This document shows, piece after piece, positions 27,081-35,787 of a stretch of 64,000 bases of DNA. Numbering within the stretch: the first letter of the stretch is position 1; every line of letters begins with the position of its first letter. The stretch lies in NCBI GenBank assembly GCA_034437535.1, contig DAOTTZ010000029.1, positions 6,367-70,366 on the forward strand, in the 5' to 3' direction. Made by a program: the position numbers and the translations under genes. The notes beneath the pieces were generated by a model that was not told where the DNA came from, searched no databases, and saw only the letters and a list, made by a program, of their open reading frames with translations. The stretch comes from Anaerolineae bacterium (lineage in GTDB: Bacteria; Chloroflexota; Anaerolineae; Aggregatilineales; Phototrophicaceae).

Positions 27081-28844
27081 GTGGAAAACCAAACTGATCG
27101 AGAACAACCCGGTTTACTTACCGGTGCTATCGTCGGCTTTGTCTTACTTGCCCCCGTCATCGTTATCTATTACATCGGCAATGTATTATTCAGCCTGCCG
27201 TTTGTCCCGTTCGACTTGTTCGACGTCATGGCGCGGGTGCTACCCGGGGACATCATCCGCTTCGGCATCAGCGTGATCCTGGGGTTGATCGAGACCTTCA
27301 ACCTGACTGACCTGGGCGAAACCTCGGACATCTCTAAGACGCTGGAACACATCCAGGGGATTATGATGGTCATGGGGATGGGTGCGGGCATCGGTGCCGG
27401 GGTTTATTACCTGCTCCAGAAAAGACGGTTTCAATCAGTGTATGCCGTCGGCACCATCGCTGGCCTGCTGACCGGCGTCGTCTTCGCCCTGATGAACCTG
27501 TGGGTTCGCACAGAGTTCACCGCCGAACAGTCGGCCCTGGTACGTGTGTTGTGGATCACGGTGCCGTTTTTGGTGTGGGGCGGTGCGCTGGCCTGGATCT
27601 ATGACGACCTGACCAGCATCGGCCAGAATGCCCAGACAGAAGACGACAAACAAGTCGCCCGCATCAACCGGCGGCAATTTCTCGTCAGCGTGGGCGGCAC
27701 CACCGCCACCCTCACCGTGATTGGCGCGGGCATCGGCGTTGGCCTGGGCCGCAACAGCGGTGACGGCACCGGCGAAGGCTCCGAAATCGTCTCGGAAGCC
27801 CTCAACCGCTCTGCCACTGCCACACCGACCCCGGCCCCTACTACCGAAGCGGTAGAGGCGACGGCAGAACCTACGCCAGCCCCCGGCGCGAAGTTCGATG
27901 AGAGCGGCAAGCTCATCCCGGCGCAGGGCACCCGGCCAGAGATCACGCCGCTGGATGACCACTACCGCATCGACATCAGTTCACAACCACCGGTCATCAA
28001 CGGCGAGACCTGGCGGTTAAAGGTCTCCGGCTTGGTTGAAGAAGAGCTGGAAATCAGCCTGCAAGATCTGGTCAATAATTACGAGGCGGTCGATCAATGG
28101 GTGACGCTCTCTTGTATTTCGAACCGCATCGCGGGCGGTCTCATCAGCACCACCCGCTGGACGGGCGTGCCGCTCCATCTTCTGCTGGATGAATGGGGCC
28201 TGCTGGATAACGCGACTCACCTGCGCGTCGTCTCCGCCGATACCTTCGATGAGTGGGTGTCGATTGACATGATCCGGCAGGACGAACGAATCATGCTGGC
28301 CTACGCCTGGGATGGACAACCGCTCAAGCAGAAGCACGGCTTCCCGCTCCGCATTTACATCCCGGATCTCTACGGCATGAAACAGCCCAAGTGGATCACC
28401 GAAATTCAGGTGCAGGACGAATGGCAACCGGGCTACTGGGTAGAATCACCGCGCAACTGGGACGCAGAAGCCGAAGTCAACCCGGTCTCGGTGGTGGATA
28501 CAGTCGCCATAGATCAGGCGTACACCCGCGACAATCAACTTTACATCCCGGTCGGGGGCATCGCCTACACCGGGGCGAAAGGCGTCTCGAAGGTTGAGGT
28601 GACCGTCGATGACGGCGACCCGGTAGAAGCCGACCTGGGCGACCCACTCAGCGATACATCGTGGGTTTTGTGGCGCTATGATTGGCCTTATCAACCCGGT
28701 TTGCATGATTTCTCGGTGGTATGTTACACCAGCGATGGTGAACTGCAACCCACCAACCAGCGCGGTACGTTCCCCAGTGGCGCGACCGGCATTCACCAGA
28801 TCTCTACCCGCATACCGAGCGACCTCAAGCAAGAAAACACCTGA
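27081..28844 (+). CDS. sulfite-oxidase-family molybdopterin oxidoreductase (MsrP/YedY-like) fused to an N-terminal polytopic membrane domain
   Basis: GTG start with GAGGGAA SD. ~200 aa with 4-5 TM helices, then an internal twin-arginine-like INRRQFLVSVGGTTATLTVIGAGIG, then an Oxidored_molyb domain (HYRIDIS...WRLKVSGLVEEELEISLQDL...VTLSCISNRIAGG...WTGVPL). Confidence 0.7.
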   Translation: MENQTDREQPGLLTGAIVGFVLLAPVIVIYYIGNVLFSLPFVPFDLFDVMARVLPGDIIRFGISVILGLIETFNLTDLGETSDISKTLEHIQGIMMVMGMGAGIGAGVYYLLQKRRFQSVYAVGTIAGLLTGVVFALMNLWVRTEFTAEQSALVRVLWITVPFLVWGGALAWIYDDLTSIGQNAQTEDDKQVARINRRQFLVSVGGTTATLTVIGAGIGVGLGRNSGDGTGEGSEIVSEALNRSATATPTPAPTTEAVEATAEPTPAPGAKFDESGKLIPAQGTRPEITPLDDHYRIDISSQPPVINGETWRLKVSGLVEEELEISLQDLVNNYEAVDQWVTLSCISNRIAGGLISTTRWTGVPLHLLLDEWGLLDNATHLRVVSADTFDEWVSIDMIRQDERIMLAYAWDGQPLKQKHGFPLRIYIPDLYGMKQPKWITEIQVQDEWQPGYWVESPRNWDAEAEVNPVSVVDTVAIDQAYTRDNQLYIPVGGIAYTGAKGVSKVEVTVDDGDPVEADLGDPLSDTSWVLWRYDWPYQPGLHDFSVVCYTSDGELQPTNQRGTFPSGATGIHQISTRIPSDLKQENT

Positions 28845-28900
28845 GTCGTCTTCAAACGGGCGGGGCTTCTATCTCTCCCCGCCCGATACATGACAGTTAT

Positions 28901-30355
28901 TTAATCCCCCAGGGCAACCCGTACAAACGCCCGCACATCTTCCGTCAGTTTCACCAATGAGGCTTGATCCAGGTACATCATATGCCCGGCTTCATAATCT
29001 GCCATGTGGATGTTCTGGCGGAATACCGGATCAAGGTTCATGTGGTTGAATGTGTATTGCGCGGCAAAATGAGGCGTCGCCAGGTCATAATATCCCATCC
29101 CGACGAACACCTGCATATATGGGTTCTTTGAAAAGGCCATCCGTAGCGCGTCGCTGGTATCCGCCAGTTTGCCACGTTCATATTCCCAGTTCATGTTCAC
29201 ATCAAAGCTCAAAATCTCATACACACGATCTGTCTCGTACCCCAGTTCCCGCCGCATATAATCGTTGAGCATGGCGGTATAAGGCGGCATGATGGCGGAG
29301 TAAGAGGGATCATGTTCGAACGCCTCGCGCACCGAAAGCGCATCAATCCCTTTGAAGCGACTATCCAACCGGCCAACGGTGCGCTTTTCATCCCGGAGCA
29401 ATTCTTTGCAGAACAGGAAGATGTTCACCCCCAGGTTACTGCCGTCAATCCAGCGATCACTCACCCCGGTGTAGCGAGCCAGCTTCCGCACGATCTCGGC
29501 CCGCTCGGCGTCACTCAGGCTGTCCCCTTGCATGAGCGCGATCGTGTAATCGGTAGCGGCCCACGCCTCGACCTCGGCCAGCACCTCCCGGAGCGGCTTC
29601 GCCTGGAGGTCATCCGCCAGCTTGCCATGATACCAGGCCGTCGCGGTATAAGTCGGCAGGAATAAGATATAGGGCAAGTCGTTGCCCACGCCGAAGTTAA
29701 GCGTCTGGAAGTTCAACACGGTAGAGATCAGCATGATCCCGTTAAAGGCGATGCCTTTATCAACCAGGTGACCGGCCAACCCCGCCGCCCGTGTGGTGCC
29801 GTAACTTTCCCCGGCCAGGAACAAGGGCGAAGACCAGCGGCCATAGCGCGTCAAATACAGGCGGATGAATTCTCCCACCGCTTCGATGTCCGCCTTGAGA
29901 CCCCAGTATTTTTTGTTGTCATCGCTTTTACTGGCCCGGCTGTAGCCGGTGCCCACCGGATCAATGAAAACCAGATCGCTAAAGGTCAGCCAGGTATGCT
30001 GGTTGGGGACCAGCTTATAAGGCGGTGCGGGCATCCAGCCTTCGTCTTCCATCTGCACCCGCTTAGGGCCGAGCGCACCCAGATGCAACCACACCGACGA
30101 CGACCCCGGCCCACCGTTAAACACAAATGTGAGCGGACGTGCGCTTACATCAGCGGTGTCTTCCAGCGTGTACGCGGTGAAGAACATCTGCGCTTCGATC
30201 TCGCCTTGTTCGTTCTTCAGCGGCATCCGCCCGACAGTGGCCGTATAACGCAAGTCGGACGACTCCAATGTGAGGGCGTGCGTCGTGGTGATCGGTTGTT
30301 CTTCGGTCGGCTTTGCACCGTTATCGACAACATTATTTTCGCTTGATGTGCTCAT
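28901..30355 (-). CDS. S10-family serine carboxypeptidase-like protein
   Basis: ATG 30355 with AGGAG SD (track start is an upstream TTG). FVFNGGPGSSS, LFLAGESYGT (catalytic Ser), C-terminal His region. Confidence 0.75.
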   Translation of the reverse strand: MSTSSENNVVDNGAKPTEEQPITTTHALTLESSDLRYTATVGRMPLKNEQGEIEAQMFFTAYTLEDTADVSARPLTFVFNGGPGSSSVWLHLGALGPKRVQMEDEGWMPAPPYKLVPNQHTWLTFSDLVFIDPVGTGYSRASKSDDNKKYWGLKADIEAVGEFIRLYLTRYGRWSSPLFLAGESYGTTRAAGLAGHLVDKGIAFNGIMLISTVLNFQTLNFGVGNDLPYILFLPTYTATAWYHGKLADDLQAKPLREVLAEVEAWAATDYTIALMQGDSLSDAERAEIVRKLARYTGVSDRWIDGSNLGVNIFLFCKELLRDEKRTVGRLDSRFKGIDALSVREAFEHDPSYSAIMPPYTAMLNDYMRRELGYETDRVYEILSFDVNMNWEYERGKLADTSDALRMAFSKNPYMQVFVGMGYYDLATPHFAAQYTFNHMNLDPVFRQNIHMADYEAGHMMYLDQASLVKLTEDVRAFVRVALGD

Positions 30356-30495
30356 GGCATTGCTCCTATGGGTGAAATGATGGGCAGAGTGTACCCACAC
30401 AGATAGGTTATTCGCAATCTCATTCGATTCCGACGAAAGATTTAGGCCATTTATGCTATCCTGACTATATCGTATCGTTAGCAAAGGATAGTCTC

Positions 30496-31026
30496 ATGGC
30501 TTTAGCAACACTCGGCGGTGGGTGCTTCTGGTGCCTGGAAGCCGTCTACCAGCAACTGCAAGGGGTAGAAAAAGTGGTCTCCGGTTATGCGGCGGGGGAT
30601 GTAACAAACCCCACCTATAAGCAGATCTGCACCGGCACCACCGGCCACGCGGAAGTCGTACAAATCACCTATGATGAAAATGTGGTCTCGTTCGAAGATC
30701 TGCTGGATGTGTTCTTCACGATTCATGATCCGACCACGCTCAACCGGCAAGGGGCAGATGTCGGCACACAATACCGCTCGATCATCCTGACGCATGATGA
30801 CGATCAACGCGCCATCGCAGAGCAGAAGATGACCGAAGTGGAACAAACTGGCATGTGGGCAAACCCCATTGTCACACAGGTCGAGCCGCTGGACATATTC
30901 TATGAGGCGGAAGACTATCACCAGAATTACTTCCGCAATAATCCGGGTGCGGGTTATTGTCAGGTGGTCATCGCGCCCAAAGTCGCCAAGTTCCGCCAGA
31001 AGTACATGGAACGCCTCAAGGCATAA
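30496..31026 (+). CDS. msrA: peptide methionine sulfoxide reductase MsrA
   Basis: ATLGGGCFWCLEAVYQQLQGV active-site motif. Full-length (176 aa). Confidence 0.9.
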   Translation: MALATLGGGCFWCLEAVYQQLQGVEKVVSGYAAGDVTNPTYKQICTGTTGHAEVVQITYDENVVSFEDLLDVFFTIHDPTTLNRQGADVGTQYRSIILTHDDDQRAIAEQKMTEVEQTGMWANPIVTQVEPLDIFYEAEDYHQNYFRNNPGAGYCQVVIAPKVAKFRQKYMERLKA

Positions 31027-31156
31027 ACCACGACCGGGCAGGGACATCAACCACCCCGGCCCTGCCCGGCCACCTTACCCCTAAAGTCTGGGGTGACGTC
31101 TTCGTATGCACGAATTTACAATTTGAGTATGATAGAGCATAAGGAGGCGCGATGCT

Positions 31157-31714
31157 ATGGAGTTGTTCTTTCTTATTACATTCGGAATCGGCGCGGTTTA
31201 CCTCCTGCTGATGATTTTCGGCGGGGTTGGGGAGGCGTTAGACTTCGACCTGGCCGGGTTGTTCGGCGGTGCGGCGGAAAGCCTGGACGGTGGGCTGGAC
31301 CTGGACGGCGGCAACGAGGGCCTGGGTTGTAACGTCATCGCTGGCTTCCTCACCGCGTTCGGTGCGATTGGCCTGGCAGGCACCGTTGCAGATCTCAATA
31401 TCTATTTGGTGTTGGCGTTGGCCGTGATCTTCGGTTATGCCGTCGGTCGGTTGATCTCACGCTTTATACATTTCGTCTATACACAACAGAGCGATACCGT
31501 CGCCTCCCAGGATACGCTAATCGGTAAGCTAGCACGAGTCACCATCAGCGTGCCGGCTGGTAAGGTCGGGGAAGCCATCGTGGAAGATGGCCCGGTCACC
31601 AAATACCCGATCCGTGAGGTGAACGAGACCCCGCTAAAACGCGGCGACATGGTGATGATCGTGTCGATGGACGGTACGACGCTCAATGTGAAGAAAAAAC
31701 GTGCGGAAGACTAA
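31157..31714 (+). CDS. NfeD-like membrane protein (OB-fold C-terminus), flotillin partner
   Basis: AAGGAGG SD. N-terminal TM helices, Gly/Asp-rich linker, C-terminal beta-barrel-like LIGKLARVTISVPAGKVGEAIV...GDMVMIVSMDGTTLNV. Directly upstream of flotillin. Confidence 0.7.
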   Translation: MELFFLITFGIGAVYLLLMIFGGVGEALDFDLAGLFGGAAESLDGGLDLDGGNEGLGCNVIAGFLTAFGAIGLAGTVADLNIYLVLALAVIFGYAVGRLISRFIHFVYTQQSDTVASQDTLIGKLARVTISVPAGKVGEAIVEDGPVTKYPIREVNETPLKRGDMVMIVSMDGTTLNVKKKRAED

Positions 31715-31730
31715 ATAAGGGGATATTTTG

Positions 31731-33209
31731 ATGGATAGTAGTTTGATTTTGATCGGAGCCGCTGGCTTAATTGTCATCGCGCTCGTCGTCTGGCTGATCC
31801 GCTATTATCACCGTGTCCCGCCCAGTGAGGTCATGGTGGTCTATGGGCGCAAAGCCCCCCGGTTGATTACTAACGGCGGCGTGTTCGTCATCCCGATCCT
31901 GGAAGAATACAAAAAGCTCGACCTGACCGTTATCACCATCAAGATGGAAAAAGATGAGGTCTACACAGTCAGCGGTGTACCCATCATGCTGGATTGGGTG
32001 GCGCAGGTGCAGATCGGCAGTACCAACGAAGCCATGCAGACGGCGGCCCGCGCCTTTTTGGATAAAGCGCGTACTGAGATCACCAGCATCCTGCTGGATA
32101 CCCTCAGCGCGAACTTCCGCGCCATTGTCGGCCAGATGAGCGTTGAGGCCATACACCGCGACCGGGACGACTTCGCCCACCGGGTACAGGAACTCGCCAG
32201 CGATGATATGTCCGCAATGGGTGTGAACATCGTGAGCATGGGTATCGAAGAAATTGTCGATAATCAGGGCTACTTAGAGGCGATGGCCGCGCCACAAATC
32301 GCCGCCGTCAAGCGGGATGCTACAGTAGCCGAGGCCGAAGCCGAGCGCGAAGCACGCATCCGGGCGGCGGCGGCTACCCGCGAGGCCGAGCAAGCCGAAC
32401 TCGACGCGCAACGTGAGACCCTGGCCCAGAGCGAAGCCCTGCAATTGCGCGAAGTCGAGGTACAACGCCGGGTAGACATCGAACGCGCTGAATCCGACCA
32501 GGAAGTACAACAAAAACGCGCCCTGGCCGTCGAGCAACAGCAAGAAGCCGATATTCTGGTGCCAGCGCGGGCCGAACGTGAAGCGACCGAAATCCGGGCG
32601 GAAGCCTCCCGCCGCAAGATGACAATCGAAGCGGAAGCCGACGCTACCGCCGTCCGCGAACGCGCCGAAGCCGACGCCGCCGCCACCGAACAACGCGGTC
32701 GGGCAGATGCCGCCGCCCTGCAAGCCAGAGAACTGGCCCAGGCCGAGGGTGAAAAAGCCAAGCTCCTGGCGGAAGCAGAAGGCCGCCGCGAACTGGCCGC
32801 CGCCACCGCCGCCGAAGACGCGATCAACCTGCGCCAGTTCATCATCGAACAGGTCACCCATGCCGAGATCGAGAAAGTACGCGCCATCAGCGATGCGATG
32901 GCCGGATTGGGTGGTAATGTGCGCGTGGTGCAATTAGGCGGCAATGGTGACGGCTCTACCAACACCTTTATGGATTTCCTGATGGGCATCCCAGAAGTGG
33001 CCGAAGTCTTGCGGACGAAGGTAGAAGCCCTGAGTGGCGAAGACTTCGATAAGACCATCCACCGTGTGATGAGCATGTTCACCAGCCTGCGTACCATCGA
33101 TGACAGCGTACCCGTCAACGGATCACCACTCCCGATGGATTACGGGACGAACGCCCCCGGCAATGGCAAAGGTGATACCCCCCCGGACGACCAACCGGCG
33201 GACGAATAA
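31731..33209 (+). CDS. flotillin (SPFH/band-7 family)
   Basis: ATG 31731 with AAGGGGA SD. N-terminal TM, SPFH domain, long Ala/Glu/Arg-rich coiled-coil. The antisense ORFs in the track here are spurious. Confidence 0.85.
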   Translation: MDSSLILIGAAGLIVIALVVWLIRYYHRVPPSEVMVVYGRKAPRLITNGGVFVIPILEEYKKLDLTVITIKMEKDEVYTVSGVPIMLDWVAQVQIGSTNEAMQTAARAFLDKARTEITSILLDTLSANFRAIVGQMSVEAIHRDRDDFAHRVQELASDDMSAMGVNIVSMGIEEIVDNQGYLEAMAAPQIAAVKRDATVAEAEAEREARIRAAAATREAEQAELDAQRETLAQSEALQLREVEVQRRVDIERAESDQEVQQKRALAVEQQQEADILVPARAEREATEIRAEASRRKMTIEAEADATAVRERAEADAAATEQRGRADAAALQARELAQAEGEKAKLLAEAEGRRELAAATAAEDAINLRQFIIEQVTHAEIEKVRAISDAMAGLGGNVRVVQLGGNGDGSTNTFMDFLMGIPEVAEVLRTKVEALSGEDFDKTIHRVMSMFTSLRTIDDSVPVNGSPLPMDYGTNAPGNGKGDTPPDDQPADE

Positions 33210-33215
33210 CCCCCT

Positions 33216-33241
33216 GGGCGGGGCCTGGCTCCGCCCATTTT
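33216..33241 (+). terminator. terminator-like hairpin after flotillin
   Basis: GGGCGG-(9 nt)-CCGCCC followed by ATTTTAAG. The U-tract is weak. Confidence 0.4.
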
Positions 33242-33293
33242 AAGCTCAGATGATCGTCAGTTAAATTGACTTATAAAAAGACGTTTGCATTGG

Positions 33294-33322
33294 TTGACAG
33301 TCGCCTCAAAGCGGGTTACACT
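33294..33322 (+). promoter_or_regulatory. candidate sigma70-type promoter for the cys leader transcript
   Basis: TTGACA (33294-33299), 17-nt spacer, TACACT (33317-33322). Confidence 0.4.
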
Positions 33323-33352
33323 TCGGCTGTAAACATAAGTGAGGAGGACGGG

Positions 33353-33412
33353 ATGTTTTCCCTGCGTTCCTGTTGTACCTGTCAAAGTTTGGAGAGTAAG
33401 ACCACGCTTTGA
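33353..33412 (+). CDS. candidate Cys-rich leader peptide MFSLRSCCTCQSLESKTTL
   Basis: GAGGAGGA SD at 33341-33348. 19 codons with four Cys codons (UGU UGU ACC UGU). Lies in the 5' leader of the cysteine synthase gene, upstream of a terminator-like structure. Confidence 0.45.
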   Translation: MFSLRSCCTCQSLESKTTL

Positions 33413-33447
33413 TCGGGTAGCATAATACAAATCGACTGGCAATTTCT

Positions 33448-33541
33448 CGCCAGCAGACGACGCCAAGCGTGGCTAAACTCTTCCAGATTTCAAGAGTTTG
33501 CAAAGCCATGCTTTTTGTTTGGTCTGCTGGCGTTTTGTTTT
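33448..33541 (+). terminator. attenuator/terminator-like structure in the cys leader
   Basis: Perfect 11-bp inverted repeat CGCCAGCAGAC...GTCTGCTGGCG enclosing ~63 nt with internal small hairpins. Immediately followed by TTTTGTTTT, 32 nt before ATG 33573. Confidence 0.45.
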
Positions 33542-33572
33542 AGTGTAATCCAACCATGAGAGGGCAATTATC

Positions 33573-34541
33573 ATGACTGCGGCCTTAAGACAAGTCAATT
33601 CTATCTCGCATCAACACACCCTGGTCGAGCCGACGACCATCGAATGGCAAATCGGCAATACCCCGTTATTGAGCTTCAAGCGGCTGACCGCTCACCTGCC
33701 GGAAGATGTGCGCGTCTTCGCTAAAGCCGAATGGACCAACCCCGGCGGCAGTGTGAAAGACCGCGCCGCCCTGCAAATCATCCGTGAGGCCGAACGCGAC
33801 GGCCTGCTGGCACCGGGCAAGACCATCATGGATAGCACCAGCGGCAACACCGGCATCGCCTACGCCATGATCGGCGCGGCCAAAGGTTACCCGGTCAAGT
33901 TATTCCTGCCGGAAAACGCCAGCCCGGAGCGCATTGCTATCTTACGCGCCTACGGGGCCGATCTGGTGCTGACCGACCCGCTAGAAGGCAGTGACGGGGC
34001 CATCCGCGCCGCCCGTGATCTGATCGCCAACCAACCGGATGACTACTTCTACGCCGACCAGTACAACAACGTGGCCAACTGGCGCGCCCATTATTACGGC
34101 ACCGGCGTAGAGATCTGGCGGCAGACCGACGGCGCAGTGACGCACTTCGTCGCGGGCCTGGGTACCTCCGGCACGCTGATGGGCACCGGTCGCCGCCTGC
34201 GTGAGCATAACCCGGCGATTCAGGTGATCTCTCTGCAACCGGATTCACCGTTTCATGGGTTGGAAGGCTGGAAGCACATGGAAAGTGCCATCACACCCGG
34301 CATCTACGACGAAGCATTCGCCGATGCTGATTTTGGCATCAGCACGGAAGACACCCAGGCAATGGCACGTCGCTTAGCACGGGAGGAAGGGTATCTGGTT
34401 GGCATCAGCGCGGCGGCGGCCATGGTCGGCGCGTTGCAGGTGGCGGGGCAGATCGCGGAACGGGGCGATGCCGGTACCGTCGTCACACTCTTCCCGGATA
34501 ATGCCTATAAGTATCTGAGTGAGTCCTTCTGGACATCATAA
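33573..34541 (+). CDS. cysteine synthase family PLP-dependent enzyme (CysM/CysK-like)
   Basis: GGSVKDRAALQII (PLP Lys), DSTSGNTGIAYAM, GLGTSGTLMGTG glycine loop. GAGAGGG SD. Confidence 0.85.
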   Translation: MTAALRQVNSISHQHTLVEPTTIEWQIGNTPLLSFKRLTAHLPEDVRVFAKAEWTNPGGSVKDRAALQIIREAERDGLLAPGKTIMDSTSGNTGIAYAMIGAAKGYPVKLFLPENASPERIAILRAYGADLVLTDPLEGSDGAIRAARDLIANQPDDYFYADQYNNVANWRAHYYGTGVEIWRQTDGAVTHFVAGLGTSGTLMGTGRRLREHNPAIQVISLQPDSPFHGLEGWKHMESAITPGIYDEAFADADFGISTEDTQAMARRLAREEGYLVGISAAAAMVGALQVAGQIAERGDAGTVVTLFPDNAYKYLSESFWTS

Positions 34542-34593
34542 CGTCCGTGCGGGGCGGTCGCTCATCACTGGCTGGCCGCCCCCACCTGCTCGC

Positions 34594-35787
34594 TTATCCG
34601 CGTGGTTCTAGCAGGTCATTTTCCAGCAGATAATCGCGCACCGCTCCCGCCACAACTGCGTTACCATAAGCCGCAAGGTGGAAATCACCATTCCAGTAGA
34701 GCATCTGGCCGGTGTTGAGGCTTTCATCGACGGCGGCTTGCAACGCCGGGAGTGTATCCAGGCAATACCAACCGCGTGTTTCGCATTCCTGCCGCATGGC
34801 TTCCCGGTTGGCTCGCATCTGGTCTAAATACGCTTCGCTCAAGGCACCGTCCAGGTAATCCGCATAGACCAATTCTTTATACGGGATCATGACGATGACG
34901 ACCGGCGCGCCGAACGCCTCATCGATCATGTCGATGCCAGCCTGATAATTGCTCAGGTTGCGCTCGAACCCGTAAGCCACCGCCGCATACGAGTCCGTAT
35001 TGTTGCCGGGTGGATATTCTTCGGTCGTGATGTAGAAGTTGGCCCCCGCCAGTTCGATGACCTGACCATGTTCGTAATTGGAGGAAGACGGCGGCGGGTT
35101 CAGCCGGTTATCCAGCAGATGCAATAAAGCGGAATATTGCCCCAGGCCACGCGGCGGGCGCACCGGGTCCGGGCTGGGGGGCACTTGCAGGCCCCGGATC
35201 CTGTTACGCAATTGATCGAAGTTGTAATCGTCCATCAAGTCGTTATCATACCGTTGCCAGATCACGACACCGGGTTCCAGCGGCAAGGCGAATTCTTCGA
35301 TCATCGCCAATTGACCACCGGGGCCGGTGCCCGGTTGCCCGGCGTTGATGACGTGCCAACCGTATTGAGATTGGAGCCGTTGCACCCAGCAATCCGCCGC
35401 GAACGTCCAGCAGAAGGTGAATGAATCGCCAAAGGCCATAATATCGACCGGCCAGCTTGGCTCCCCGACCCGCAGGCCGACCGGGTGTTCCCAATCTGGC
35501 AAATTGCGGGTGGAAAAGGTAAAGCGGGCATCACGCCAGCGTACCGGGCGATCTTCCAGGCCGGGGGGTAAATGCGCCTGATAGCGCGTGCTGGATTGAA
35601 ACGGCACCGGCGGCAGAATATGCTCTTCTGACCAGGGCACCTGCCTTACACTCTGAATTTCCCCTTGAATTTCAGCCGGGAGCGAATCAAACCCGGCCCG
35701 CAAGAAGACCTCGATCAACACGAAGATCAACAAGGTGCTGAACACCATCAAGCCCAGGTTAATCAGACAACCAGTTACACGTTTCAC
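34594..35787 (-). CDS. SGNH/GDSL-family hydrolase or acyl-esterase with N-terminal membrane anchor
   Basis: GTG start overlapping the upstream stop (GTGA). TM LINLGLMVFSTLLIFVLIEVFL. AFGDSFT block I. Confidence 0.6.
   Translation of the reverse strand: MKRVTGCLINLGLMVFSTLLIFVLIEVFLRAGFDSLPAEIQGEIQSVRQVPWSEEHILPPVPFQSSTRYQAHLPPGLEDRPVRWRDARFTFSTRNLPDWEHPVGLRVGEPSWPVDIMAFGDSFTFCWTFAADCWVQRLQSQYGWHVINAGQPGTGPGGQLAMIEEFALPLEPGVVIWQRYDNDLMDDYNFDQLRNRIRGLQVPPSPDPVRPPRGLGQYSALLHLLDNRLNPPPSSSNYEHGQVIELAGANFYITTEEYPPGNNTDSYAAVAYGFERNLSNYQAGIDMIDEAFGAPVVIVMIPYKELVYADYLDGALSEAYLDQMRANREAMRQECETRGWYCLDTLPALQAAVDESLNTGQMLYWNGDFHLAAYGNAVVAGAVRDYLLENDLLEPRG

Noticed and set aside
32270-33118. Multiple long minus-strand ORFs (282 aa, 219 aa and others) inside the flotillin gene
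   Set aside because: Artefacts of the Ala/Glu/Arg-rich coiled-coil coding region. Their translations are Ala/Ser/Arg low-complexity. The plus strand encodes a bona fide SPFH/flotillin.
33257-33509. Two minus-strand ORFs (69 and 67 aa) in the cys leader region
   Set aside because: No RBS. They overlap the promoter, leader ORF and terminator structure on the plus strand.
33210-33572. SAM-I riboswitch or tRNA-Cys T-box upstream of the cysteine synthase gene
   Set aside because: Neither the SAM-I core nor a T-box sequence (AATTAGGGTGGNACCGCG-like) is present. The leader-peptide attenuator model fits better.
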